A stretch of 64,000 nucleotides of DNA from an uncultured Hyphomicrobiales bacterium (GCA_903842455.1 CAIMLX010000266.1:648-64647), one strand, 5' to 3'; positions 25,849-36,799 are shown, numbered from the stretch's first letter. Notes: a model not told the origin generated them from the sequence alone. Numbers and translations: made by a program.

Positions 25849-27084
25849 ATGCAGGGGATATGGCGGCGGATGCCACTGCCGGGCGCACTGCAGTCCACAT
25901 TTGGGCCGCCGCTCTGGAAGCTGCTGACCGCAAGGGGACGGGCAAAACTCCGGCAGTCGGCCGAGCCGGCCGCCATCAAGCCCGGGCCGCTCGTCATCTC
26001 GGCCGCGGTGTCGGACTTCACCGGTATCGGCCGGGCGGGACGGTTGACCATCAAGGCAGCCGAGGCGTGGGGCGTACCGCTCGTGGTCCATGACATCCGC
26101 GGCGACCCGGAGATGCTGGGGGTGCCGAGCGACCTGCCGCCGGGCGGCGTGTGGCTCGCCCACTGCAATCCGCCCGAGGCCGCCGTAGTGCTGAGCCAGC
26201 CTGCAGACCACCTGTGGGCCACGCGCTACCGCATCGGCTACTGGGCCTACGAGCTTGCCGAGCTGCCCCGCTTCTGGACGGCGTCGATCCCGTTCTTCCA
26301 CGAAATCTGGACGCCCAGCCGCTTTGTTGCCGACGCCGTGGAGCAGGCCCGTGGCAGCGCCACCACCGTCGTGCGGGTCGTCCCCCACCCTGTCGCCATC
26401 GACCCACCGCCCGAAGTGACGCCCCGCACCGGCGGACCGCTGACTTTCCTAGTGATGGTCGATGCCCGGTCGAGCCTGGCGCGAAAGAATCCGCTGGGCG
26501 CCATCCGCGCCTTCCAGCAGGCGTTCTCGCCCGGCGATACGGATGTGCGGCTTGTCGTGAAGGTCGTGGCCGGGTGGAAGGACCCGCGCGGGGTCGCGAG
26601 CCTCCGCGACGCGGCAGCCGGGTGGAAGGCCATCCGTTTCATCGAGGACGAGTTGAGCGACGCCGAGACGCAGCGCCTGCTCGCCACCGCCGACTGCCTG
26701 GTATCGCTGCATCGCGCCGAGGGTTTCGGCCTGCCGATTGCCGAGGGGATGCTTGCCGGCCTGCCGGTGATCGCCACCGACTGGTCCGGCAACACCGATT
26801 TTACCCGCGGCGCCAGCTACGAAGTCGCGTACAGCCTGATTCCTGCCGTCGACTCGTCCGGACGCTACAGCGGCACCGGGCAGCGGTGGGCCGACCCCGA
26901 TATCGCAGCGGCGGCCGCCCTGATGCGGCAGGTGCGCGCTGATCCTGCCGGCCGGGCCGCCATCGCCCGGCGCGGCCAGCAGCGGGTTCGGGAGCTGTGC
27001 CGCGAACTGCCACTCGACGCTATCGCCGCGTTGATTCGACCGTCATCCGCGTTTGTGCCAAATCATCGGCAGGACGCGCCGTAG
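25849..27084 (+). CDS. Glycosyltransferase, GT4 (group 1) family
   Basis: The C-terminal motif is LVSLHRAEGFGLPIAEGMLAGLPVIATDWSGNTDF. The start is uncertain: TTG 25789, ATG 25849 or ATG 25870. Confidence 0.85.
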   Translation: MQGIWRRMPLPGALQSTFGPPLWKLLTARGRAKLRQSAEPAAIKPGPLVISAAVSDFTGIGRAGRLTIKAAEAWGVPLVVHDIRGDPEMLGVPSDLPPGGVWLAHCNPPEAAVVLSQPADHLWATRYRIGYWAYELAELPRFWTASIPFFHEIWTPSRFVADAVEQARGSATTVVRVVPHPVAIDPPPEVTPRTGGPLTFLVMVDARSSLARKNPLGAIRAFQQAFSPGDTDVRLVVKVVAGWKDPRGVASLRDAAAGWKAIRFIEDELSDAETQRLLATADCLVSLHRAEGFGLPIAEGMLAGLPVIATDWSGNTDFTRGASYEVAYSLIPAVDSSGRYSGTGQRWADPDIAAAAALMRQVRADPAGRAAIARRGQQRVRELCRELPLDAIAALIRPSSAFVPNHRQDAP

Positions 27085-27096
27085 GAAACACTCAGC

Positions 27097-27525
27097 ATGA
27101 AAAATCTCAGTGCCGGCGAAGTCATCTCGCTGCTCGGACTCGAGCCGCACATCGAGGGCGGCTTCTATCGCCAGACCTTCGCCGATCAGCCGGATGCGAC
27201 CGGCCGCCCGGTGTCCACGCTGATCTACTACATGCTGACCGACAACCAAGCCGGCGCGTGGCACCGCGTGGATTCGTCGGAGGTCTGGCACTGGTACGCC
27301 GGCGCGCCGATGGAACTGAGCATCTCGCGAGATAGCAAGACCGTCGCCGCGAGCACGCTGGGCTCCGATCTGGCCGCCGGGCAACGCCCCCAGGGCGTCG
27401 TTCCACCGGGCGCCTGGCAGCGGGCACGGGCCATGGGTGAATGGTCTCTGGTCGGCTGCACCGTGGCGCCGGGCTTCCAGTTCTCGGGGCTCGAACAGGC
27501 CGAGCCGGGCTGGGAGCCCGGTTGA
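27097..27525 (+). CDS. Cupin-fold DUF985 family protein
   Basis: 142 aa with LGLEPHIEGGFYRQTF, YYMLT, WHRVDSSEVWHWYAG and GCTVAPGFQF. Confidence 0.8.
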   Translation: MKNLSAGEVISLLGLEPHIEGGFYRQTFADQPDATGRPVSTLIYYMLTDNQAGAWHRVDSSEVWHWYAGAPMELSISRDSKTVAASTLGSDLAAGQRPQGVVPPGAWQRARAMGEWSLVGCTVAPGFQFSGLEQAEPGWEPG

Positions 27526-27528
27526 GAA

Positions 27529-27975
27529 TCAGGCCTTCTTGGTCCAGCGGCCGTTCGCCTCCTGCTGCCAGTAGGTGACCTCGTTGCCCTCTTTCAGCGC
27601 CCGCCAGGCGGAGCGGGCGCCGGTGACGGCGTCGGGGTCATGGCCAGAGAACATGAAGACGATCCGCTGGTAGCCTTCGCCCGATACCGGCACTGCCCCG
27701 TCGACGAAGAAACGGACATGCGCCCCGTTGGGGTTGTGCGGCCGGGTGGTGATCAGCACCGGCTGCATCACATCCTCGCTGCCGCCGGCGCGGGCATGCG
27801 GCAGGAAGCTGTCGTCGCGAAAGGTCCAGAGCAGGCTGTCGATGAGCTCCGCCCGTTCGTCGCTCGAGGTCTCCACCACCACCTTCCAGCCGCGCTCGAG
27901 GCTTTTTTCGACGAGCACGGGCAGCACCCGTTCGAGCGGCTGGCTTTCGAGGTGGTAGAAGAGGATCTCGCTCAT
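27529..27975 (-). CDS. holC: DNA polymerase III subunit chi
   Basis: 148 aa starting MSEILFYHL, in the conserved position downstream of pepA with a 4-nt overlap. Confidence 0.85.
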   Translation of the reverse strand: MSEILFYHLESQPLERVLPVLVEKSLERGWKVVVETSSDERAELIDSLLWTFRDDSFLPHARAGGSEDVMQPVLITTRPHNPNGAHVRFFVDGAVPVSGEGYQRIVFMFSGHDPDAVTGARSAWRALKEGNEVTYWQQEANGRWTKKA

Positions 27976-29465
27976 GTGCCCTCGTAGTTGTCCCGCACCA
28001 GACGGTCGAGCAGCGTGACGCCGAAGCCGGACGCCCAGGCACCGTTGGTCTCGGTCTGCGGCGAGCCGAGCGCCACCCCGGCGATATCGAGATGCGCCCA
28101 GGGGACGTCGTTGACAAAGCGCAGCAGGAACTGCGCCGCCGTGATCGACCCGGCCGGGCGGCCGCCCGAGTTCTTGATGTCGGCGAAGCGGCTTTCGATC
28201 AGCTTGTCGTAAGCCGGTCCAAGCGGCATGCGCCAGACCTTCTCGCCGGTGGCCAGACCCGCGGCGAGCAGCTTGCCGGCCAGCTCGTCGTTGTTGGAGA
28301 AAAGCCCGGCGTGATCGTTGCCGAGCGCCACCCCGATGGCCCCGGTCAATGTCGCGAGGTTGATCATGAAGCGCGGCTTGAACCGGCCCTGCGTGTACCA
28401 GAGCGCATCGGCCAGCACGAGCCGACCCTCGGCGTCGGTGTTGACCACCTCGATGGTGGTGCCACTCATCGCCTTGAGGATATCGCCCGGGCGATAGGCG
28501 TTGCTCGAAGGCATGTTCTCGACGAGGCCGATCACGCCGATGGCGTTCACTGCCGCCTTGCGGGTGGCGAGCGCCTGCATCAGCCCGATCACCGCCGCGG
28601 CGCCGCCCATGTCACCCTTCATGTCCTCCATGCCGGCGCCCTGCTTGAGCGAAATACCGCCGGTATCGAACACCACGCCCTTGCCGACGAAAGCCAGTGG
28701 CGCCTCGCCTGCCTTGCCACCCTGCCACTGCATGATCACGAGGTAAGGCGGCCGGTCGGAGCCCTGCGCCACCGCCAGCAGCGCGCCCATGCCGAGCTTG
28801 TCCATTGCGTCGCGGTCCAGCACCTCGACCTCGAGCCCGAGGCCGGCAAGTGCCTTCGCCTTTTCCATGAACTCTGTCGTGCCCAGCACATTGGGCGGCT
28901 CGTGGACAAGGTCGCGGGCGAGCAACTGCCCATTCGCCACGGCCATGCGGTTGACGATCGCCTTGTCGGCGGCCGCCTTGCTGGCAACGTGAAGCGTCAC
29001 GGCAAGGCTGTTGTCGGCATCGTCCTTGTTTGCCGACTTGTACCGATCGAAGCGGTAGTGGCGGAGCGCCAGCCCGGCCGCCAGTTCGCCGACGCGGTCC
29101 GGCGTCGCCGCCTCGTCGTCGAGCAGCACGGCGGCCTTGTTCACCCTCAGACCCATGAGCTTGCTGGCCAGCGACCCGCCGCGATCGGCCCAGGCGCTCG
29201 GGCTTGCGCCGTTGGATGGCTTGCCACTGCCCAGGACCAGCAGGCGCTGGGCCTCGACATTGGGCGGCGCCAGCAGGTCCAGCACCTGGCCCTGCTTGCC
29301 CTTGAACCCCGAAGCCGTGGCCAGCTTCGTCCAGTCGAGCCCGGTCGCCTGCCATACCGACGCGGCACCACCCGCCGGCTCGGCGCCCTCGGCGACGTAG
29401 ACGACAAGCGCGCCCGTTGCCTTCACCGGCAACGCGGCGGTTCTGACGGTGAGTTCATGCGGCAT
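27972..29465 (-). CDS. pepA: Leucyl aminopeptidase (M17)
   Basis: Start ATG 29465. Motifs [15 protein letters not shown] and [14 protein letters not shown] are present. Confidence 0.95.
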   Translation of the reverse strand: MPHELTVRTAALPVKATGALVVYVAEGAEPAGGAASVWQATGLDWTKLATASGFKGKQGQVLDLLAPPNVEAQRLLVLGSGKPSNGASPSAWADRGGSLASKLMGLRVNKAAVLLDDEAATPDRVGELAAGLALRHYRFDRYKSANKDDADNSLAVTLHVASKAAADKAIVNRMAVANGQLLARDLVHEPPNVLGTTEFMEKAKALAGLGLEVEVLDRDAMDKLGMGALLAVAQGSDRPPYLVIMQWQGGKAGEAPLAFVGKGVVFDTGGISLKQGAGMEDMKGDMGGAAAVIGLMQALATRKAAVNAIGVIGLVENMPSSNAYRPGDILKAMSGTTIEVVNTDAEGRLVLADALWYTQGRFKPRFMINLATLTGAIGVALGNDHAGLFSNNDELAGKLLAAGLATGEKVWRMPLGPAYDKLIESRFADIKNSGGRPAGSITAAQFLLRFVNDVPWAHLDIAGVALGSPQTETNGAWASGFGVTLLDRLVRDNYEGT

Positions 29466-29673
29466 GACAAGACCCTGAAATGGCGGGCAAACTGCCGCGC
29501 CGAAGAAGTGCTCCGCCACAGATAGCGCTGCGGCCCGGCGCGTCAATCCCGCAACAGCAGCGTGAGCCTTCGCCGTCCCCTGGCCGTCGCGCTTGCCAAG
29601 CCGGGGCTTCGACGGGCAGACTCAGCCAATCATCGGGTCGACTCTCGCCCGGCTCCCCGACTATCGGACACGC

Positions 29674-30762
29674 ATGAACCGGCTGAAACGCTATCTCGTC
29701 GGGCAGTTCGCCATCGAAGCCGCGACCCTGTTCGGCGTGGCGATCAGCATCATCTTCCTGGTGCAGTGCCTGCGGGTGGTGGATGTGGGCTCGGTGCGCG
29801 GCCAGGGCCTGCTGACGCTGGGCGCACAGGTCTTCCTCGCCCTGCCCTCGGTGTCGATGGCGTTCATCCACATCTGCATCGGCATCGGCCTCGCCCGCGC
29901 GCTCCGCACCATGCAATCGACGCGCGAACTGCACATTTTGCACGTCAGCGGCAAGCTGGGGGCGCTGGCGCGGGCCGTAGCGATCTACGCCGTTTCAGCG
30001 GCGCTGCTGCTGCTGCTCGTCGCGCATGTGGTCGACCCGGCCGCCTCGCGCGAGAACAGCAGCATCCGCGCCCGGATCGCCGCCGACCTCGTGGGCCGCT
30101 CGCTGGTGCCGAACCGGTTTGCCGAGGTGACCCAGGGCGTCACCGTCACCGTCGGAGGGCGCCGGGCCGGCGGCGAAATCACCTCGTTCTTCGCCGATGA
30201 CCGCCGCGAGCCGACCCGGCGGACCTATATCGCGGAATCGGCGACGATCACGTCGGACGATGTCGGCTATGTGCTGCAACTCTCGAACGGCGTGGTGCAG
30301 TACCGGACGCCGGAGGGCAAGTACTCCGAGATTGCCTACGACCGCTACGACCTGGCCTTCGAGCGGCTGACAGGTGAATCGGACAGCGGCGAGCGCGTCG
30401 CCCAGACGAGCCTCAACATCATCGCCGAAGCGAACGCCGACGGCTGGACCAATGCGCGGCTGCTCAAGCTCAGCGAGCGGACCGTCGAAGCGATGCGGGC
30501 TCTGGTCATCTGCCTGTTCGTCTTCGCGCTGGCCGGATTCCCGAGCGGCAGGCGTCGGGAGCCGCGCCTTCCCATCGAGATCACCGTGCTGGGCGCCTCG
30601 TTCTTCGAGCGGGTGCTTTTCACCTATTCTCCCGGCGATGGCTGGCTATCGCCGCTCACCGGGGTCGTGGCGCTGGCTGCAATCTCGCTGGTGATCCTCG
30701 TGTTCCAGGTGCGGCCGTTCACCCGGCCCCGGCGTGAACCCAGACGCAGGGTCCCGGCATGA
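29674..30762 (+). CDS. lptF: LPS export ABC transporter permease LptF
   Basis: ATG 29674 (MNRLKRYLVGQFAIEA...). YjgP/YjgQ-type permease, divergent from pepA and followed by lptG. Confidence 0.85.
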   Translation: MNRLKRYLVGQFAIEAATLFGVAISIIFLVQCLRVVDVGSVRGQGLLTLGAQVFLALPSVSMAFIHICIGIGLARALRTMQSTRELHILHVSGKLGALARAVAIYAVSAALLLLLVAHVVDPAASRENSSIRARIAADLVGRSLVPNRFAEVTQGVTVTVGGRRAGGEITSFFADDRREPTRRTYIAESATITSDDVGYVLQLSNGVVQYRTPEGKYSEIAYDRYDLAFERLTGESDSGERVAQTSLNIIAEANADGWTNARLLKLSERTVEAMRALVICLFVFALAGFPSGRRREPRLPIEITVLGASFFERVLFTYSPGDGWLSPLTGVVALAAISLVILVFQVRPFTRPRREPRRRVPA

Positions 30763-31811
30763 ACCGCATCGACTGGGTCATCGTCCGCCGCCTGCTGGGC
30801 AGCATCGGTCTGACAATGCTGATCATGTTCGGCCTCGTGCTGCTGGTCGAATCGCTGTCGACCTCCCGCTTCGCTGCCCTGTCCCGGCTGGGCGGGCCGG
30901 GCGTCGCAGTCCTCGCCATCGCCGCCTCGGCGGCCCGCTGGCTGCTCGATACGCTGCCGCTCACCGTGCTGGTTGGAGCGATCGCCGGGCTGCTCAACCT
31001 GCAGACGACGCGCGAGATGACGGTGATCAAGTCCTCGGGCGCCTCGGTGTGGCGGCTGATGCGCGCCCCCATCGCCACCGCGATCCTTCTCGGCCTGGCC
31101 ATATCGCTGGGGGCCCACGCCCTGGTGGTGACCGTGAACCGGGGGCTCACGGTCGAAGGCGGGGAGGTCAGCGCCGGTACCTTCTGGCTCGAGGAGCGGA
31201 GCGCCGACCAGCACTACATCCTCGAGGCGGGTTACGTGCACCCCGGCGGCGAGGCGCTGGGCAATGTCAGCGTCTTCATGCTCGAGGCGCCGCGGGAGCG
31301 GATCGAGGCCGAAAGTGCCGAGCTCGTCGGCGGGGAATGGGTGATGCCGGCCGCCACCCGCTTCGTTGCCGGTCAGGTGCAGGAACCGGTCACCGATTTC
31401 CGCCTGCCCACCTCCACGTCGCGCGGCGACATGCAGACAAAGATCAGCTCCGTCAAGGACATGACGATATACGAACTGGCGGGAGCGCTGGCGGCGCGAC
31501 TGAACGATCCGCGGCTGCGGGCCGAGACAGCTACCCAGTTCATCCGGCTGCTTGGCTTGCCGGCCAGCTTGTGTGGCTCTCTGGTCATTGCCTTCGCATT
31601 TACGGCCGGTTATCGAAGGACCAATAAGTATGGTGGGACGGTGCTTTATGGCATCGTTCTTGGTTTCGTGGTTTATGTGGTGACCGAGATGGCAGGGCGC
31701 GCCGGGGATGCTGGAGTAATCCAGCCGGTGATTGCCGTTCTCGGGCCGGCATTGGTTGCCATCGTCGCGGGAGCGACGGTGCTGCTCAACAGGGAAGACG
31801 GGCGCACGTGA
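30759..31811 (+). CDS. lptG: LPS export ABC transporter permease LptG
   Basis: MNRIDWVIVRRLLGSIGLTMLI... is a YjgP/YjgQ-type permease with an ATGA overlap with lptF. Confidence 0.85.
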   Translation: MNRIDWVIVRRLLGSIGLTMLIMFGLVLLVESLSTSRFAALSRLGGPGVAVLAIAASAARWLLDTLPLTVLVGAIAGLLNLQTTREMTVIKSSGASVWRLMRAPIATAILLGLAISLGAHALVVTVNRGLTVEGGEVSAGTFWLEERSADQHYILEAGYVHPGGEALGNVSVFMLEAPRERIEAESAELVGGEWVMPAATRFVAGQVQEPVTDFRLPTSTSRGDMQTKISSVKDMTIYELAGALAARLNDPRLRAETATQFIRLLGLPASLCGSLVIAFAFTAGYRRTNKYGGTVLYGIVLGFVVYVVTEMAGRAGDAGVIQPVIAVLGPALVAIVAGATVLLNREDGRT

Positions 31812-34126
31812 AGTCTGGACGCCGCGACCGGTGTGTATCTGTGCGCTTGCAGCGCCTCGGCAGCGCATTGGGACTCGCCCTGGCCGTCCAGGCCGCGCTG
31901 CTTGCCCCGGCGAATGCCCAGTTCCTGCCGGAGGGTTTCTTCACCCAGTTGCCCGAACCGGGGGCTCCGGCGCAGGTCGAAGCCAATACCCTCAACTACG
32001 ACGCCATCAGCGACGTGATCAGCGCCACCGGGCGCGTCGTGATGAACTACTCCGGCTACACCCTCGCCTGCGATTCGCTGCGCTTCGAGCAGGGCTCAGG
32101 CTCGGTGATCTGCGAAGGCAATGTGCAGATCACCGATGCGCAGGGCACGCGCTACGAAGCCGATCGCATCGAGGTGACGGGCGGCATGAAGGAAGCCTTC
32201 ATCCAGTCGCTGACCCTTACCACCACCGACGGCGCGCAGATCACGGCCGGTGACGCCCGGTTCAGCGAGACGCTGGAGACCGTGCTGACCGACGCGAGTT
32301 ATTCGCCGTGCGGCCTCTGCATCGACGAAAAGGGCAATCGCATCGGCTGGAAGGTCAAGGCCGCCACGCTGAAGCAGAACAGCCAGACCAAGGTCGTCTA
32401 TTTCGAACAGCCCAGCCTCGAAGTGCTGGGCGTTCCCGTCGCCTGGCTGCCCTGGCTCTGGCTTCCCGATCCGACGAGCACGCGCAATACCGGCTTCCAG
32501 CTCCCCAGCGTCGACTACAAGAGCGCGCTCGGCGGCCGCCTGCGGGTGCCGTATTTCATCGGCATGGGGGAGGATACCGACATCCTGCTCGCGCCGCAGC
32601 TGATGACGCGCCAGGGTTTCCTGATGGCCGCACAATGGCAGCAGCGCTTCGACTACGGCGCGTTCAGCATCGAGGCCTCGGGGCTGTATCAGCTCGACCC
32701 TGGCGCCTTTGCCGGCACGGTCGGCGATCGTGACTGGCGTGGGGCCATCGAAACGGACGGGCAGTTCCAGGTTGCGCCGGGTTGGACGGCCGGCTGGAAC
32801 TACACCGCCTTCACCGATGCGGCCTATCTCAACGACTACGACTTCAACAACGCCGGCCGGGTGGTGAACGAGGTATACGCCACCCACCTCAGCGACGATT
32901 TCTTCGCCGATGTCCGGCTGCAGGAATTCAAGCTGCTCGGCAATATCAGCGATGCGGACCAGGACCAGCAGGCGCTTGCCATCCCGAACGCCCGCAGCGC
33001 CAACTACTTCGACCTCGGCGAGAACGGCCAGATCCGGCTCGACGGCACCTTCCTCGGGGTGATGCGCGACGAGAACTCCTTCGACACCTATGGCGCCGTA
33101 CCCTACGTTTTCGGCTACGAGGGACAGAAGTTCCACGCTACGGCCGAGGGGAGCTGGCAGAACCAGTTCATCCTGCCCGGCGGCGTGGTCGCGACGCCCT
33201 ATCTCGGCATCCGTGGCGACGTCGCGAACTACGAGGACGGCACCGAGGGCGACCCGCCCGTCGGCATGGGCGAACCCTCCGACCAGCTGCTGTTCAACGC
33301 CACGCCGGTTGCGGCGATGGACGTGCGCTGGCCTCTGATCGCCATCAACGGCGCCGACAGCCACCTGCTCGAGCCGATCGCGCAACTCGTCTGGCGCGGC
33401 AGCGACACCACCGCCGTCGGCATCACCAACGACAACGCGCACAGCTTCGTGCTCGATGACACGAACATCTTCTCCTACAACCGCTTCACCGGCACCGACC
33501 GGCAGGAGACGGGGCTGCGCGCCAATATCGGCGCCCGCTACCTTGCCAATTTCAGTGACGGCGGCTGGCTCGAACTGCTTGCCGGCCAGTCCTTCCACCT
33601 CGCCGGCGTCAACGCGCTGGGCGTTGTCGACGAGACCAATACCGGCGCCTCGACCGGCCTCGGCGATGATGCCTCCTACATCGTGCTCGGCGCGCGTGGG
33701 TCGCCGTTCGAAGGGCTGACGCTGGGTGCGAAAGCCCAGATCGACGTAGGCGGGCCGACAATCGCGCGGGCCGGGCTGGGCGCTGATTACGCCATCGGCA
33801 ACGGCTTCTCGGTCGGCGGCGATTACATCTACCTGCCCGCCGATTCCGCCGGGACGGGCGTCACCGAAGATCAACACGAGGTGACCGTGCGGGCCGGCGC
33901 GCCGCTGCCGTTCGATTACTGGCGCGTCGATGGCTCGACCTCGTGGGACGTCGCGACCAGCCAGTGGCTCGAAAGCACCGGCCGCATCTACTACGACGAC
34001 GGTTATTTCCTCGCGGGCGGTTTCGTGACTGCGACCGGTCCGACGCATACTGATCCCGACTCGCTGGCCTTCGGCATGAGCCTCAAACTGAAGGCGCCGG
34101 GCGCCGAGTTCGGCATCGGCTTCTAG
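31808..34126 (+). CDS. lptD: LPS-assembly outer-membrane protein LptD
   Basis: 772 aa with a GTGA overlap with lptG. It has the signal peptide ...LLAPANAQ, an OstA-like N-terminal domain and a long beta-barrel-type C-terminus. It occupies the conserved lptD-surA-pdxA-rsmA position. Confidence 0.85.
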   Translation: MKSGRRDRCVSVRLQRLGSALGLALAVQAALLAPANAQFLPEGFFTQLPEPGAPAQVEANTLNYDAISDVISATGRVVMNYSGYTLACDSLRFEQGSGSVICEGNVQITDAQGTRYEADRIEVTGGMKEAFIQSLTLTTTDGAQITAGDARFSETLETVLTDASYSPCGLCIDEKGNRIGWKVKAATLKQNSQTKVVYFEQPSLEVLGVPVAWLPWLWLPDPTSTRNTGFQLPSVDYKSALGGRLRVPYFIGMGEDTDILLAPQLMTRQGFLMAAQWQQRFDYGAFSIEASGLYQLDPGAFAGTVGDRDWRGAIETDGQFQVAPGWTAGWNYTAFTDAAYLNDYDFNNAGRVVNEVYATHLSDDFFADVRLQEFKLLGNISDADQDQQALAIPNARSANYFDLGENGQIRLDGTFLGVMRDENSFDTYGAVPYVFGYEGQKFHATAEGSWQNQFILPGGVVATPYLGIRGDVANYEDGTEGDPPVGMGEPSDQLLFNATPVAAMDVRWPLIAINGADSHLLEPIAQLVWRGSDTTAVGITNDNAHSFVLDDTNIFSYNRFTGTDRQETGLRANIGARYLANFSDGGWLELLAGQSFHLAGVNALGVVDETNTGASTGLGDDASYIVLGARGSPFEGLTLGAKAQIDVGGPTIARAGLGADYAIGNGFSVGGDYIYLPADSAGTGVTEDQHEVTVRAGAPLPFDYWRVDGSTSWDVATSQWLESTGRIYYDDGYFLAGGFVTATGPTHTDPDSLAFGMSLKLKAPGAEFGIGF

Positions 34127-34218
34127 ATTTGGCCGCAATCATCCAACATTGAATGCCCGGAATTGAGTGACCTGGCCGGGGACGTTTCCGGCGGCCCTCC
34201 AGAAACGATGGTGACGAC

Positions 34219-35100
34219 ATGAACCGCTTCCTTGCCGCAGCCCTTCTCGGCACCATGCTCAGCTTTGGGGCCGTCGCGCCCGGTTTCGCCGCGACTGCCG
34301 CGACCGTGAACGGCGTCGCCATCGACGACCGCGACGTGGCGGCGCGCGTGCAGTTGATGAAGCTCGAGGGCGGCGGCTCCAATTCCAAGGCGCTCGACGC
34401 GCTCATCACCGAACAGCTACAGCTGCAGGAGGCCACCCGGCTCGGCATCCAGGTGACCGACCAGCAGGTCGATGATGCGTTCCAGCAGGTGGCGCGCAAC
34501 GTCAAGCTTTCCACCTCGAAGCTGACGGAATTGCTGCGCGCCAATGGCGTCAGTGATGCCACGATGAAGTCGCGGCTCCGGGCGGCCCTTGCCTGGCAGA
34601 AGGTCTCCGAGGTCGCGATCCGGTCGCGCGTACAGATTTCCGACCTGCAGCTCGATCAGGCCGCGCAGGCCAGCCTGACGCAGGACATGAGCTACGACTA
34701 CGTGCTGAAGGAAGTGCTGTTCATCACGGCCGGCAAGAACGCCTCTGGCCGCACCGGCGAGGCCAACAAGTACCGTGCCGCCTTCCAGGGCTGCGACAGC
34801 GCTGTCGACCTGTCGCTGAAGTTCACCGACGCGGCGGTGCGCGATGTCGGGCGCCGCCATGCCACGCAGCTGCCGGAAGCGCAGGCCAAGGAACTGGCGA
34901 GGCTCAATGTCGGTGGCATCACCAAGCCGCGCGTCACCGAGTCCGGCGTGTCGATGTTCGCCGTCTGCTCGAAGACCGAAGCCCGTGACACCACTTTCGT
35001 AAAGGGCAAGCTGCGCAACGAGCAGGGGCAGGAAGCCTTCCAGGCGGAAGCTGAGAAATACCTGGCCGAACTGCGCCAGAAGGCCAGGATCAGTCGCTAA
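34219..35100 (+). CDS. surA: SurA-like periplasmic chaperone (SurA N-terminal domain plus one degenerate parvulin-like domain)
   Basis: Signal peptide LLGTMLSFGAVAPGFAATA, then TVNGVAIDDRDV... Its position between lptD and pdxA supports the call. Confidence 0.7.
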   Translation: MNRFLAAALLGTMLSFGAVAPGFAATAATVNGVAIDDRDVAARVQLMKLEGGGSNSKALDALITEQLQLQEATRLGIQVTDQQVDDAFQQVARNVKLSTSKLTELLRANGVSDATMKSRLRAALAWQKVSEVAIRSRVQISDLQLDQAAQASLTQDMSYDYVLKEVLFITAGKNASGRTGEANKYRAAFQGCDSAVDLSLKFTDAAVRDVGRRHATQLPEAQAKELARLNVGGITKPRVTESGVSMFAVCSKTEARDTTFVKGKLRNEQGQEAFQAEAEKYLAELRQKARISR

Positions 35101-35220
35101 CGGGCGGTTAAGCGCCAGCCGCGCATACGCGAGGTGATCTGGCCGGTCTGTTCAGGACTGGTCTGCCATCGTGGCGGCGTTGGTGTGCCAGTGGTGGCGC
35201 AAGCTTCGTGAGGTGCTGCA

Positions 35221-36252
35221 GTGCCTAATCCGCGCGACCTGCCGCTGGCGATCACCATGGGCGAACCGGCCGGTATCGGCCCCGACCTGGTGATGCGGCT
35301 CTATGCCGACCGCGATCAGCTCGGCCTGCCGCCCTTCATCGTCTACGGCCACCTCGATTTCCTGAAGGCCCGGGCCGAACGGCTCGGGTTGAAGCTCACG
35401 CTGGCCCCGAGCGACCCGGCCAATGCCACGGCGGTCTTTGCCGAGGCCCTGCCGGTGGCACATATCGACGGACTGGTCCCGGACAAGCCCGGGGACCCGA
35501 CCCCGCTCTCGGGCAAGGTGGTGATCGAAGCGATCGCGCGGGCCACCGATGCGACGCTGACCGGGGCGACGCGGGGCCTCGTCACCGCACCGATCCACAA
35601 GGCAGTGCTCTACACTGCGGGCTTCAAGCACCCCGGCCATACCGAATTCCTCGCGGCGTTGTGCGACCGGGACGGCACGCCGGCCATGCCGGTGATGATG
35701 CTGGCGCACGAGGGACTGCGGGTCATTCCCGCCACCATCCATGTGCCGCTGCGCGACGTGCCGGGCCTCATCACCTACGACCTGCTGGTCGAGACCGGCC
35801 GGGTCGTGGCGCAAAGCCTGCGGACCCGGTTCGGCATCGCCGCGCCCCGTCTCGGCTTTGCCGGCCTCAACCCGCATGCCGGCGAGGGCGGGGCGATCGG
35901 CCGCGAGGATTTCGACGTGGTCTATCCTGCAGTGCAGCAACTGGTGCACGAAGGAATCGATGCCGAAGGGCCGATCCCGGCCGATACGCTGTTCTACCTG
36001 CCCCACTGGCGGCGCTTCGATGCGGTGATCGCCATGTATCACGACCAGGCGCTGATCCCGATCAAGACCGTGGCCTTCGACGAGGCGGTCAACGTCACCC
36101 TCGGCTTGCCGATCGTTCGCACCTCGCCCGACCACGGCACGGCCTTCGACCTTGCCGGCACCGGCAACGGCTCCACCGCCAGCTTCCTCGCGGCCATCCG
36201 ACTTGCCGACAGGTTGACCAACGGCGCGATGCTCGAGGCGGCGGCGGAGTGA
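35221..36252 (+). CDS. pdxA: 4-hydroxythreonine-4-phosphate dehydrogenase
   Basis: GTG start, with motifs GEPAGIGPDL, HPGHTEFLA and NPHAGEGG. Confidence 0.95.
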   Translation: MPNPRDLPLAITMGEPAGIGPDLVMRLYADRDQLGLPPFIVYGHLDFLKARAERLGLKLTLAPSDPANATAVFAEALPVAHIDGLVPDKPGDPTPLSGKVVIEAIARATDATLTGATRGLVTAPIHKAVLYTAGFKHPGHTEFLAALCDRDGTPAMPVMMLAHEGLRVIPATIHVPLRDVPGLITYDLLVETGRVVAQSLRTRFGIAAPRLGFAGLNPHAGEGGAIGREDFDVVYPAVQQLVHEGIDAEGPIPADTLFYLPHWRRFDAVIAMYHDQALIPIKTVAFDEAVNVTLGLPIVRTSPDHGTAFDLAGTGNGSTASFLAAIRLADRLTNGAMLEAAAE

Positions 36253-36279
36253 GGGAGCGCCAGGCGCTCCCTATTTCTG
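36253..36279. terminator. GC-rich hairpin between convergent pdxA and the DUF305 gene
   Basis: GGGAGCG-CCAGG-CGCTCCC is followed by TATTTCT on the plus strand. It overlaps the DUF305 stop codon and may act bidirectionally. Confidence 0.45.
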
Positions 36280-36687
36280 CGCTTCGAGCCACTCCAGCAT
36301 CTCTGCGATTTCCTTCTCCTGGGCCGCGATGATGGTCTCGGCCAGCGCCGTCGCCCAGGGATCGTCGCCTTGCGCAATCTGGGCCTGCGCCATGTCGATA
36401 GCGCCCCGGTGATGCGGGATCATCGAGCAGACGAACGCCACGTCGATGTCCTTGGCCGTGCCCCCGACCATCATGTCGCGGTTCATCGCCGCCATGCCGT
36501 CCATCAGGTCCACATGCGCCGCATCGCCACCCATCGACATGCCGCCGCCGTCCATGCCCATGTCCCCCATGTCCATGCCGGCGTGGGGATTGTCGGCCGT
36601 GCAGATGGCCGGCAGGTCAATGGCGTCCTGGGCCAGGGCGGATGGCGCCAGGGTCAGCATCGCGATCGTGAACAGGGTGCGTTTCAT
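36271..36687 (-). CDS. DUF305 family periplasmic protein with Met/His-rich segment
   Basis: Signal peptide [15 protein letters not shown], a Met-rich stretch [20 protein letters not shown], and the DUF305-like [13 protein letters not shown]...[12 protein letters not shown]. Confidence 0.8.
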   Translation of the reverse strand: MKRTLFTIAMLTLAPSALAQDAIDLPAICTADNPHAGMDMGDMGMDGGGMSMGGDAAHVDLMDGMAAMNRDMMVGGTAKDIDVAFVCSMIPHHRGAIDMAQAQIAQGDDPWATALAETIIAAQEKEIAEMLEWLEAQK

Positions 36688-36799
36688 CTTGATCTCCTCG
36701 TGTCGGCCAGTGCGGCCACTGCTGCTTCGTGCACCTTCCCATCATGGCAAGGTCAAGCAGGGATTTCCGCCTCGCGACAAATCCGCTAACGAGACAGTC

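Noticed and set aside
24352-26388. 678-aa minus-strand ORF
   Set aside because: It is antisense to the ABC-F ATPase and the GT4 gene. It is a shadow ORF.
32096-34138. 680-aa minus-strand ORF
   Set aside because: It is antisense to lptD. It is a shadow ORF.
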